Positions 1 through 9,213 of a DNA stretch of 64,000 nt are shown here, piece after piece; within the stretch, counting starts at the first letter, position 1, and each line of letters opens with the position of its first letter. The translations under genes were made by a program, and so were the position numbers. The notes below the pieces were generated by a model. The model was not told where the DNA came from and did no database searches. It saw only the letters and a program-made list of their open reading frames with translations. The stretch covers positions 124,001 to 188,000 of the IMG/VR virus record IMGVR_UViG_3300047558_000137; one strand, written 5' to 3'.

Positions 1-851
1 CTCCACCAATTGTTGCCAAACTCTCGACGAGTTTCTTCTATGTGTGCAGGCAACCACGGTAACATTATTTTTAATGCATCGGTTTCCTGTAAATCTGTAT
101 AAGCATACTCTTGAGCCTGTACAAACGCATTAAGTAAATTTTGAGCAAGCCATCTATGTTGTTCATATATCGATCTACGTATAACAATAACATGCATAGC
201 AGGAAATATATTAGTTAGCCGATAGTAATCTTTTTCTACGTTTGCAAAATCAGGAAACAATCTTATAACTTTCCCGTCACCTTTTAAAAAACTAGTTGGC
301 GTTCTGGCAGCATATAGTGCATCAATTTCGCCAGTATACAACATATTAGACAATGTTTTATTTGAGTCAATTGGGCTCACAAAATCTAAATCAAGTGGTA
401 CACGTTCTATTCTGCCGGGCTGCTCTTGCCCGCCGGTGTAATGTTTTTGCGTAGTTTGATCTACACCATAGTATTCTTGCAAAATGCCACGGATCCATAC
501 AGGTGCAGTCATTTGATATTCAGGGCTCGCTACACGTTTACCATTTAAATCACTCGGTGTTTTAATTCCTGACTCAGCATTAACGTAGATACAACTATGT
601 CTAAAGAATCTAGATGGAAACACTGGAATAGCAACAAATGGTCTTTCTTCAGTATGTAAAGACATGCAGTAACTAGATAAAGACATTTCTGCTACGTCAA
701 AATCTTGATATCGTGCCATTCTGAAGAATGTTTCATCTACAGGTAAATTGCTGTAATACAATTCTGCGCCCTCAACAGACACACACCCGTCAATTAACGC
801 GGCAATGCGATCATAGTTCCAACAGGCAAAACTTAAATTTAATTTTTTCAT
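1..851 (-). CDS. 4,5-dihydroxyphthalate decarboxylase-like / PBP2-fold substrate-binding family protein (runs off window start)
   Basis: Not in ORF track. Hand translation from ATG at 851 (TAATG overlap with upstream stop): MKKLNLSFACWNYDRIAALIDG...ETFFRMARYQDFDVAEMSLSSY...AIPVFPSRFFRHS, typical of this family. Confidence 0.7.
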   Translation of the reverse strand, partial: MKKLNLSFACWNYDRIAALIDGCVSVEGAELYYSNLPVDETFFRMARYQDFDVAEMSLSSYCMSLHTEERPFVAIPVFPSRFFRHSCIYVNAESGIKTPSDLNGKRVASPEYQMTAPVWIRGILQEYYGVDQTTQKHYTGGQEQPGRIERVPLDLDFVSPIDSNKTLSNMLYTGEIDALYAARTPTSFLKGDGKVIRLFPDFANVEKDYYRLTNIFPAMHVIVIRRSIYEQHRWLAQNLLNAFVQAQEYAYTDLQETDALKIMLPWLPAHIEETRREFGNNWW

Positions 852-2071
852 TAAAATCTATTACCTAAGGTAATATTAAATTTTTGTCTAGTATTATCAA
901 ACATTACAGCATCACCAATATAGTAGAACGGAGTTAAGAACCCAACAAAGCCTACCGCACGGCCAAATTCAATATTAAAGTATTTTCGATCAATATTACG
1001 TTCAACAAAATTAATGCCAGCCATCCAACTATTGTATAGTTTATGTCCTTGAAAGTTATTGTAAAACCAAAAGTCCATTTCGCTATAAAAGTTAGTACCA
1101 GGTTTAGATACTTGAAACGTCATTGGATCGTAGTCAGGATAGACCAATGGCTTAACCATTTGTTCGTATGCTGTTCGCTGAGCGTTACTATGATTAGGCC
1201 AACGCACTAGGTATTGTAAATGCTGATTAGCTGGCATACTAAACCAATTGCGTACTAGGTGTGCTTGCTTTACACTGATCTCAGGCAAGTCCGGAGACCA
1301 GAAGAAGTATTCGTTTGTAATATTAGTATACTCACCTATGTCTGGATTGGCATAGTTAGCCTGGAAGTCGATAAAATACAAATACCACTTGTCGTCACGT
1401 ATACACATCTTAGGTTTGTCAATGCCGTATAACACACAGATCTTTTTACCCGAGTCTGCTAATATGCGTTGGTCAATTGTGTGGTAGTTAGGAAACTTAG
1501 TAACGTGTGCTGGTTGTAGGAAGTCTTTGGCTGCATAAACCCACGACTCATCACGGTCTTCATTTTCTAACATGTCTTCGCTGTAGTCGTGGACTGTAAC
1601 TTTAACCTTAGGGTAATGTACCTGCACCCATTGTAACAACGGTTTAGTTGCTAACTCAGCTTCACTTAGAGTATTTTCAACTTTATAGTTACCGGCATCA
1701 ACGGGTATAGTTTCGCCTCCGGCCTTTGGATAACGAAATACAACTTCGTCGATATGAATACCATTAAGTAGAAAACAAAATAGGGTTTGTGCGCTATCAC
1801 TGCCACCTGAACATTCTAGTCGAATATAATCGTAACGATCCCGTAACTGCTGTGCCCTGATGCGATATAATTCTTTGAGATTTACTTCAGGCTCGTGTGT
1901 CCAATTTTGGGCACCATATACTTCGTTATTAAAATTCCAGTTTGGAAATTGATCTGTGCGAGTGCCTTCTATTAGGGCCTGCACCTTACTGTAATATCGT
2001 GTGTCTCCAACTTGATAATAGCCTAGTTTGCTATTCTGTTCAAGGGTAACATCGTAAAATTTATTATTCAT
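851..2071 (-). CDS. PP-loop (adenine nucleotide alpha-hydrolase-like) protein, paralog 1
   Basis: YDYIRLECSGGSDS (SGGxDS PP-loop); similar to 5437-6567 and 60080-61186. Confidence 0.6.
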   Translation of the reverse strand: MNNKFYDVTLEQNSKLGYYQVGDTRYYSKVQALIEGTRTDQFPNWNFNNEVYGAQNWTHEPEVNLKELYRIRAQQLRDRYDYIRLECSGGSDSAQTLFCFLLNGIHIDEVVFRYPKAGGETIPVDAGNYKVENTLSEAELATKPLLQWVQVHYPKVKVTVHDYSEDMLENEDRDESWVYAAKDFLQPAHVTKFPNYHTIDQRILADSGKKICVLYGIDKPKMCIRDDKWYLYFIDFQANYANPDIGEYTNITNEYFFWSPDLPEISVKQAHLVRNWFSMPANQHLQYLVRWPNHSNAQRTAYEQMVKPLVYPDYDPMTFQVSKPGTNFYSEMDFWFYNNFQGHKLYNSWMAGINFVERNIDRKYFNIEFGRAVGFVGFLTPFYYIGDAVMFDNTRQKFNITLGNRF

Positions 2072-2194
2072 TATCTATAATTTAGCCAGCGCAGGAATTG
2101 ATCAGTTTTTTCTGTCCGAATGCCTGTTAGTTGAAATGTGACTCTTGGATTGTAGCCTGCATTGGCTGTGCCCGACTTGTTTCCCAATTGCTTT

Positions 2195-2815
2195 TCATAT
2201 TACTGTTACTCTTACATCGCTTGCGCCATAGTTCTGTTGATATTCTTCGGGTGGTACTTCTATGCCTAACATCCTTGCTAACTGTTGATTAGTTAATGGA
2301 TGCTGCCCTGGATACTTTAGTGCGGCGGCAACAATACCTTGATTCTGCTCTTTGATCTTTACAGCCATGGTCTTAAGATTTACGTAATAGTCAGCGTAGT
2401 TGGGATAGGTAATATCAAAGTGCCCACATTTAACCCACCATCCTAAACAGGCATCGTCGGGTCGATGTACTAGAACAACAGGACAGTCGGGCCAGGTTTT
2501 CTTGATATAATCGATATGATTTGCAAACACGTGGCTCTTAATAATACGAACTCCTGTGCCTGTAAATGGTTCATTGAAGTCAGCTTCTAGTGTAGCTTTA
2601 TCGTACATAGAAAGTCTATGAAACATTTGTCCAAATTCCATGCCAGGGTCATAGTATGCACCAAGATGCATTAGTTCAAGTTGACCGCTGGCATCATGAT
2701 AGTATAATCTATCTTCGCTGTAATCTGTACGATCGACGCTTGGGCTGTAATAAATGTTCTTAACTACACTGCTCCACTTTGAACCAGGAGCGCCGGCTAC
2801 AAAAATATATTTCAT
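2195..2815 (-). CDS. P-loop/sulfotransferase-like protein
   Basis: N-terminal IFVAGAPGSKWS loop and IIKSH motif loosely resemble sulfotransferases. Confidence 0.35.
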   Translation of the reverse strand: MKYIFVAGAPGSKWSSVVKNIYYSPSVDRTDYSEDRLYYHDASGQLELMHLGAYYDPGMEFGQMFHRLSMYDKATLEADFNEPFTGTGVRIIKSHVFANHIDYIKKTWPDCPVVLVHRPDDACLGWWVKCGHFDITYPNYADYYVNLKTMAVKIKEQNQGIVAAALKYPGQHPLTNQQLARMLGIEVPPEEYQQNYGASDVRVTVI

Positions 2816-3783
2816 TTAATATCCTTACTCTTGCTTAGTTCATTAATGATAGGAGAAAAATTCTTTCGAAGTGCAATAGAGTATTTTTTAACACCGTCGG
2901 GGGTTAATTGATCTTCTGGGGATAGAATGTAATTGTCTCTGGCCCAACTCTGATATTCTGCAGATTTAATAGCTCGGGAAAATTCTTGCCTATACCATTC
3001 TAAAATTTCTTTAGGGGTTTCTGGGGGCAAACTAACCATCCAACCTGCGTATACACTGATACCAGGTACGCTATCTTCTAATAGTTTTGCACCAGCAATT
3101 TTTTCAGGCACTTTATTTCCCGTTAATCCTACTAATTTTACCCGGCCGGCGTCAATTAAGGGTCTTGCAATAGCAATGGGCATAATACCAAATTCAACAT
3201 CTTTGTCTCCTGCTACTGCTGTAACTGCCTGTGCAGGCCCTTGGTAACGAACTGCTTGGATTCGTGTTTTGTCACCAGCAAGTTTTAACATTATGTATTC
3301 GTAGGCCATTTGGTGTGCACCACCGCCGACTGCAATGTTGATGCTTCTGTGATTCGATTTCACTGTGGCTAAAAATTGCTGTGGAGTATCAACTAAACTT
3401 GTAGCCTTTGCTACTAATGCCAAGGGACTTTGACCAAGTGTAACAACGTTATTAAATGAATCATACTTAAATTTTTTAATGTCTTGTTGCCAAATGTCAT
3501 TGGTCACAAACAAACTCATGTGACTCGGAACACTAATGGTTAATCCATTTTTCTCTGAGGTAACTAATAAATTTTGAGCTACAACCGCGTCTGCCCCGGG
3601 CCTGTTTTCTACAATAAAGTTTACACCTGGGTTATTCTTTTCAACTATCTGCGATGCTTTTCTAAATGATATTTCGTTGCCCGATCCAGGAGCAAACCCA
3701 ATTAATACACGAACTGGCTGATGTGGTTGCCAAGCAAATGCCAGCGAAGGGATTAATGCCAATATGGCTAATAGTTTTTTCAT
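2812..3783 (-). CDS. tctC: Bug/TctC tripartite tricarboxylate transporter substrate-binding protein
   Basis: Signal peptide MKKLLAILALIPSLAFA; GFAPGSGNE, VENRPGA, YQGPAQAVTAV, GRVKLVG. Confidence 0.85.
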   Translation of the reverse strand: MKKLLAILALIPSLAFAWQPHQPVRVLIGFAPGSGNEISFRKASQIVEKNNPGVNFIVENRPGADAVVAQNLLVTSEKNGLTISVPSHMSLFVTNDIWQQDIKKFKYDSFNNVVTLGQSPLALVAKATSLVDTPQQFLATVKSNHRSINIAVGGGAHQMAYEYIMLKLAGDKTRIQAVRYQGPAQAVTAVAGDKDVEFGIMPIAIARPLIDAGRVKLVGLTGNKVPEKIAGAKLLEDSVPGISVYAGWMVSLPPETPKEILEWYRQEFSRAIKSAEYQSWARDNYILSPEDQLTPDGVKKYSIALRKNFSPIINELSKSKDIK

Positions 3784-3861
3784 GAGTTGTTCCTTTGATT
3801 AAATACTTATAGAAATTTTTGCGTAATGCAAAAATATTTACCAAATACGGAAATTTTTTTA

Positions 3862-4584
3862 ATGAATACTAAAATTTTTACGCTTCTAACAAAAAAATTG
3901 CATGAAGCCTTTAATTTACCCAAGTACTCTAACATAGTAATAGACGAAACAACTGTAGTGGATCAACTACCCTGGACGCCTGCAAGATACCGCAAGTTTA
4001 AAGATGCAGTAGAAGCAGAACTAAGTCTACCCTGCGACTATGTGGGAACACTTCGGGACATAACGCACGATCTAAGTGAGCGTTACATACACCGCTTCTT
4101 TGCGGAAATTTGGAAACCAAGGACAAATGACTATGACTACACTGGCTGGCAACTTGCCGACGAAATTAATGCGCTATCTCCTAGGTCCGTCCTGGACGTG
4201 GGGTGCGGCTATCACCCATTTAGAGGTCGGATATCTAATTTGGTCGGTATCGATCCTTACAACAACTGCGCTGATTATATGGTTGATATTTTGGATTATG
4301 TGGGTAGCCATGACGTCATCATCGCTTTGGGATCTATCAACTTTAATGACCGTGGTGAAATCGAATCTCGCTTTGCAAAATGTGTCGAACTACTAGATGT
4401 TGGTGGGCGTTTTTATCTACGTGCTAATCCTGGAATTACACACAAGACTGGGCCGTACGTAGAAATCTTTAATTGGACTTTTGAAGTTGTAAAAGAGTTA
4501 GGGGACAAGTACAATCTTAAACTAGAAACGTTTAAGAAGGATGCTAACGAAAGACTGTACTTTGTATATTCCAAGTTAGCCTAA
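3862..4584 (+). CDS. Class I SAM-dependent methyltransferase with N-terminal extension
   Basis: VLDVGCG motif, LVGIDP, IIALGSINF; start set at MNTKIF. Confidence 0.7.
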   Translation: MNTKIFTLLTKKLHEAFNLPKYSNIVIDETTVVDQLPWTPARYRKFKDAVEAELSLPCDYVGTLRDITHDLSERYIHRFFAEIWKPRTNDYDYTGWQLADEINALSPRSVLDVGCGYHPFRGRISNLVGIDPYNNCADYMVDILDYVGSHDVIIALGSINFNDRGEIESRFAKCVELLDVGGRFYLRANPGITHKTGPYVEIFNWTFEVVKELGDKYNLKLETFKKDANERLYFVYSKLA

Positions 4585-4690
4585 TACTTAGCCTCTTTTT
4601 GTCAACAAATAAACACAGTTTATTGGTTTGGCATGTGCCTTTTAAATAGTTTTGTGAACGCAAAGTTCACAAAGACATTAGGAGGCACAC

Positions 4691-5440
4691 TTGTCAAAAA
4701 GACACCGTAGAGCAGAAGCTCTAGTAGCAACAGAAAGTAGTTTTAGTAGTAACAACACAGTCCGTTTAGATGGATACAGAAAAACTCAATCCCGTCCAAT
4801 CACCCTCCTTCCCAAAAGTCTCACACAAGAAACATATATTGATCTGTTAACTGATCCTAGTAAACTTATAGTGTTTGCTACAGGTCCTGCTGGCACAGGT
4901 AAAACTATGCTAGCCGTACTTGCGGCACTAAAGGCTTACCGGGCCGGTGAGATCAGTCGCATAGTTGTGACCAGACCAGCGGTGGGTGTAGATGATGAAG
5001 ACCATGGATTCTTACCAGGCGATTTAAATGAAAAAATGGCGCCGTGGACTAGACCTATTTTCGATATTATCGGCGAATATTATCGTCAAAGTGAAATCGC
5101 AAAGATGCTAGATGAACAGACTATCGAGATATCTCCCCTAGCATACATGAGAGGTAGAACATTTAAAAATGCGTGGATTATTGCAGACGAAATGCAAAAC
5201 GCGACACCAAGTCAGATGAAAATGTTACTCACGCGATTAGGCGAAGGCAGCAAAATGATTGTCACAGGAGACACTCGACAAGCTGACCGCAAAGAAGCTG
5301 ATAATGGGTTGCTAGATTTTAAACGTCTAGTAGAAGATTACAAGAAATGCAAATATGTGTCTGGAGTAGATTTCGATCATCGAGATATCCAACGACACCC
5401 TGCTGTACTTGAAATCTTAAAGATCTACAAGGAGGTTTAA
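4691..5440 (+). CDS. phoH: PhoH family ATPase
   Basis: GPAGTGKT Walker A, GFLPG, AYMRGRTF, IADEMQN, GDTRQAD; GGAGG SD upstream. Confidence 0.95.
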   Translation: MSKRHRRAEALVATESSFSSNNTVRLDGYRKTQSRPITLLPKSLTQETYIDLLTDPSKLIVFATGPAGTGKTMLAVLAALKAYRAGEISRIVVTRPAVGVDDEDHGFLPGDLNEKMAPWTRPIFDIIGEYYRQSEIAKMLDEQTIEISPLAYMRGRTFKNAWIIADEMQNATPSQMKMLLTRLGEGSKMIVTGDTRQADRKEADNGLLDFKRLVEDYKKCKYVSGVDFDHRDIQRHPAVLEILKIYKEV

Positions 5441-6567
5441 ACGATATCGCCAATATAGTATTCAGGACTTAAACACGCCTCAAGACTTGACTCACTAGAA
5501 AACAAGTCTGAGTGTATATGTTCTTTTAGATATTTAATACCAAGGCTCCAATTTTTTCCAGCCTTGGTATTAATAAGTTGAGTTGTAAACCAGTAATCAT
5601 ATTCACTATACCAATCCCCAACAGGTTTAATTACCTGGAATGAGTTATCCCATGTAGTATATAAAATATTTTTAAGTAGATCTTCTCTTACTTGGTTTGC
5701 GCCTGCAACAAGTCCATCCTTTGCCCAAAGTCTTTGTAACTGTGGCGATGCCTTTAAAAAATTAAGTATGGCATGGCATTGCTTAGATATCATGTCGCAG
5801 GATTCAGGACTCCAATAGAAATTCTCAATGGTATGATTATCGTATTCGTCCATGTGTACACCAACTGGGATGATATTGGCTATAGTATCCATGAAAACAA
5901 GATATAACTGGTTATTAGTTATCCAGCACCTAGGTTTATCAATTCCAATTATCGTACAAACAGAACGTTGTCTATCTATTCTTGTCCTTATGTCCTTAAT
6001 ACTTAGTGAATTATATCGTTGAACCGCAGCCGGGTTAACAGGGCCCATTGCATCTAGGATCCAATTTTCTTCCGCGTTTGAAAAATATTTGTATACATTA
6101 GATCCACAATCATATATGCTAATTTTTGTTTTAGGCATATTATCAGTGATCCACTGCAACTTTTCTTTAGCATTTAATTCAAATTCAGCATTTTGATTCC
6201 ATGCTGCATTAACTCTAGGATCAATGACAGTTACATTTTTACTAGCTTCAAAAATCCAATTAGACACTACTTCGTCTAACAATAAACCTTGTCGATAAAA
6301 ACTCTTTAGAATATTATGGCAATCTGACCCACCGCTATAATTTAATACCACATAGTCATATTTCTCTCGGATCTCTCTGGCTCTACGGTCATAGAGTTGA
6401 TCTAATGTTTCTATAGGCTCAACATGCCATTTGTGTTGCTGAAAGGCGTCATTGTTAAACTGCCACGCCAATGGCTGATTAACTTCGCTGGCATGCAATG
6501 CACATCGAATTTTACTACTAAATTCTTGTCCATTACATGTGTAGTAACCTAATTTTTTATTAATCAT
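5437..6567 (-). CDS. PP-loop protein, paralog 2
   Basis: YDYVVLNYSGGSDC; shared KLGYY...W.FNN...EP...L..LY..RA N-terminus. Confidence 0.6.
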   Translation of the reverse strand: MINKKLGYYTCNGQEFSSKIRCALHASEVNQPLAWQFNNDAFQQHKWHVEPIETLDQLYDRRAREIREKYDYVVLNYSGGSDCHNILKSFYRQGLLLDEVVSNWIFEASKNVTVIDPRVNAAWNQNAEFELNAKEKLQWITDNMPKTKISIYDCGSNVYKYFSNAEENWILDAMGPVNPAAVQRYNSLSIKDIRTRIDRQRSVCTIIGIDKPRCWITNNQLYLVFMDTIANIIPVGVHMDEYDNHTIENFYWSPESCDMISKQCHAILNFLKASPQLQRLWAKDGLVAGANQVREDLLKNILYTTWDNSFQVIKPVGDWYSEYDYWFTTQLINTKAGKNWSLGIKYLKEHIHSDLFSSESSLEACLSPEYYIGDIV

Positions 6568-7463
6568 TTAAGTGAATTTAATTTTTCTGGCCAGTATTTT
6601 TTCCAACGATTAAAGGTTTTTACTGTATCAACGTATGCCGAATTAGCAGGAATACATCTATCAGCTTCAAATAAAGCTGGCAACGCTGTTGCACGTTTTG
6701 CTGCTTTGGTTAATATGCTGTTTAATTCTTTAACCAACTGTGGATTCATAGATGAAGGTGCATAAATCCCGTACCCACTTACCATATCTTCGAATCCAGT
6801 TAATCCTTGACTAGTAAATGTAGGATACCCTGGATAACTATGTTTTCCTGACGATCCTATTACATTAATTTTACCTATTTCTACGTGCTGTTGTGTGTCT
6901 GCCGGAAGTCCGATACTAAGGTCAAGTACTCCGGATTGTAAATCAATCATAGGCTTAACAGTTCCGCTATATCCAATAAAATTTAATTTAGTATTGGGTA
7001 ATTTAGTTTGCAATTCCCTGGCTACAGCTTCAGTTAAACTACCGATCCCGACTCCTATGTTCAGGATGGGTTCTTTTTGTATATCATTTAATGATTTATA
7101 TTTAGAACTAATCACACTGTATGGTTGCCCATTGCATTCAATCATTACAGGTTGAAAATCATCTACATTATGGCTATCCGCAGGGTAGAAAAAAGGTCTA
7201 ACAAAGAAACTACTACTTGAACTCAATAAGGTTATGCCATTGGCACCTAATACATATTTTGCACCAACACTTCCGCCGGCCCCGGGTTTATTATCATAGA
7301 TAAAAGTATATTTGTTTTGTATCTTATTGGCTTCTTCATTGATAACTCTAATAAAGTTAGCTTGGTTACTACTGGTATCAAATGGCCAGATAATAGTTAC
7401 AATTTCTTTAGCGTGTACGGATAATGACAATACCGCCAGAATAATAGCAAATAGTTTTTTCAT
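6564..7463 (-). CDS. Bug/TctC-like substrate-binding protein (divergent)
   Basis: Signal peptide; DNKPGAGGSVGA, YSGTVKPMIDLQSGVLD, GKINVIG. Confidence 0.75.
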   Translation of the reverse strand: MKKLFAIILAVLSLSVHAKEIVTIIWPFDTSSNQANFIRVINEEANKIQNKYTFIYDNKPGAGGSVGAKYVLGANGITLLSSSSSFFVRPFFYPADSHNVDDFQPVMIECNGQPYSVISSKYKSLNDIQKEPILNIGVGIGSLTEAVARELQTKLPNTKLNFIGYSGTVKPMIDLQSGVLDLSIGLPADTQQHVEIGKINVIGSSGKHSYPGYPTFTSQGLTGFEDMVSGYGIYAPSSMNPQLVKELNSILTKAAKRATALPALFEADRCIPANSAYVDTVKTFNRWKKYWPEKLNSLK

Positions 7464-7469
7464 GATTAA

Positions 7470-7498
7470 ATTATAAAGGAGGAAATAGAAAAAGTCAA
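7470..7498 (-). promoter_or_regulatory. sigma70-type promoter TTGACT-N17-TATAAT, 6 nt before ATG (leaderless)
   Basis: Minus strand ttgact ttttctatttcctcctt tataat ttaatc ATG. Confidence 0.75.
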
Positions 7499-7517
7499 CT
7501 GACCGAAGCCAGTTGAC
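7489..7517 (-). terminator. Intrinsic terminator with UUCG loop
   Basis: GTCAACTGGC-TTCG-GTCAGTTGAC followed by TTTTT, just after ferritin-like gene stop. Confidence 0.8.
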
Positions 7518-7522
7518 GGAGA

Positions 7523-8218
7523 TTAAGCGTGTAGCTCAGACATTGGGATGTGTTGTTTAATACAGCGTAGGTCCCAAAGAATTTCGATAAATTGATCGGC
7601 AAGTTTTTGTGCCTTTGCCTGTGTTTCTTCATCAGTAACTAATTGTTCTAAAGAACGACGGCCTAGACTAGCATGAAACTTTTCGTCACGAGCAATTTCT
7701 TCGTACTTTTCTGCAATTAGTTTATTCGGGGCACACTTAGCCTGCATCACCCAATTACGATGTGCCATGCCTTCGGCAATAAATTGATAGATAGCAAGTG
7801 CTAGTGGGTCATCTGCACATTCAAATCTTTCCAACAATTCAGCCGGGCGAATTGTTTCGTATTCACTGTTTAGTTGTGCTACTCGAATATCTTCTAATGT
7901 AGCGGCCACATCAACTTCATGGCCCAACATATCTTCAACAATATCTTTAACATATTGAAAATGTTTTGCTTCGTCCAACGCCTGCTTGCTTAACAAGAAC
8001 ATTTCTTCTGCAGGAGTATCATACGGCAAAGCAGCTACACGTTTGCTAATCTGTGTACAGTTCATACGCTCGTTAATCATGCGACGACTAAAATAGCCGA
8101 TCATTTCTTCTTTGCTTGGCTTTGCATCAAAGTAACTCTTAACACTATTTTCGTGATACTGATATAACTCTTCGCAATCTTTTTCTATTTTATTTGTAAA
8201 TTCGCGTGGGGTTAACAT
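7523..8218 (-). CDS. Ferritin-like diiron-carboxylate protein
   Basis: Paired ExxH motifs DEAKH and DEKFH with upstream Glu (NERMN, IAEG). Confidence 0.7.
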   Translation of the reverse strand: MLTPREFTNKIEKDCEELYQYHENSVKSYFDAKPSKEEMIGYFSRRMINERMNCTQISKRVAALPYDTPAEEMFLLSKQALDEAKHFQYVKDIVEDMLGHEVDVAATLEDIRVAQLNSEYETIRPAELLERFECADDPLALAIYQFIAEGMAHRNWVMQAKCAPNKLIAEKYEEIARDEKFHASLGRRSLEQLVTDEETQAKAQKLADQFIEILWDLRCIKQHIPMSELHA

Positions 8219-9177
8219 TATTTTTTTCCTAACATTAATTGGTCTAATAGACCTCCGCTAAAGTATGTGTTTAGATTAGTATACATACCTTTAATTGCAT
8301 CTTCGAAACGAGCAAGTTCTGTTGCGTTCATGCGTACGGTCGGAATGCCTTGCTTGGCAGCTTGTGTTTGAACAACAATATTGTCTGCTAGGCTTTCTTC
8401 ACGTTCAATCTTTGCGGCAGCTAAGGCAGCACGGGCAAATATGCCTTGTACCTTTTCACCTAGGCTGTTCCATAACTGCTTGTTGATGATCAAGCTGGTT
8501 AAGAATAGGCTGTGTTCGTTGTCGTTAATGTAACTTGTTTCTTGATCGTGACCAAGAATAAAGTAACGTGTGTACGTTGTTTCGCCGCCATCAACCTTTT
8601 GTTCTTGTAGACCTTTTGCTAGATCTTCAATAAACATAGGTACAGGGTTAGCGCCAACGCTTTGGAATGTGCCCATTGATACTGGGTTGTTACCGCAGCC
8701 AATGTTCATACGGTAAAAGTCTTCTAGCTTTTCAATTGCATGACGGCTAGGAACAATGCGGAATCCACCTGAGTATGTAAACACTAGACCGCGGATATTG
8801 CTTTTTTCAGCAACCTTGGCTAACATGTGTTGACCAACTGCGCCATCAAGTACTTGTTGTGCTTGATCGTGTTCACGGAACAAGAATGGCATACTTAGAG
8901 CATACATATCTTGATCAATTGTGCCAAGTGTATTTGCGTAGACTGTGGCTAGATCAATGCTGCCATTATCTACTAAGTTAATGATACGCTCACGGTCTGT
9001 GGTCAGCGTAGTTAAATTGTCTTGTGCCTGCTTGTTCCATTCAGTTAGATCGATAACGTTGATCTGATACTGTCCGTTTGTTTCTTCTGCTACTTCGCGG
9101 GCGAAGTTTTGGGCAGCTTTAATAAAAACGTGATAAGGTTCGTGGGCTAGTACCCAGTTTAGGGTGATTGGTTTCAT
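8218..9177 (-). CDS. TRAP DctP-like substrate-binding protein (atypical)
   Basis: ALSMPFLFR, GGFR, GANPVPM, KVDGGE; no signal peptide. Confidence 0.8.
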   Translation of the reverse strand: MKPITLNWVLAHEPYHVFIKAAQNFAREVAEETNGQYQINVIDLTEWNKQAQDNLTTLTTDRERIINLVDNGSIDLATVYANTLGTIDQDMYALSMPFLFREHDQAQQVLDGAVGQHMLAKVAEKSNIRGLVFTYSGGFRIVPSRHAIEKLEDFYRMNIGCGNNPVSMGTFQSVGANPVPMFIEDLAKGLQEQKVDGGETTYTRYFILGHDQETSYINDNEHSLFLTSLIINKQLWNSLGEKVQGIFARAALAAAKIEREESLADNIVVQTQAAKQGIPTVRMNATELARFEDAIKGMYTNLNTYFSGGLLDQLMLGKK

Positions 9178-9213
9178 TGGGATTCTCCTGATAGAGTGTG
9201 ATATAATTATTTA

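Noticed and set aside
5437-5440. Convergent stop overlap of phoH and a PP-loop gene (also 51108-51136)
   Set aside because: Common in compact phage genomes; no further evidence of antisense regulation
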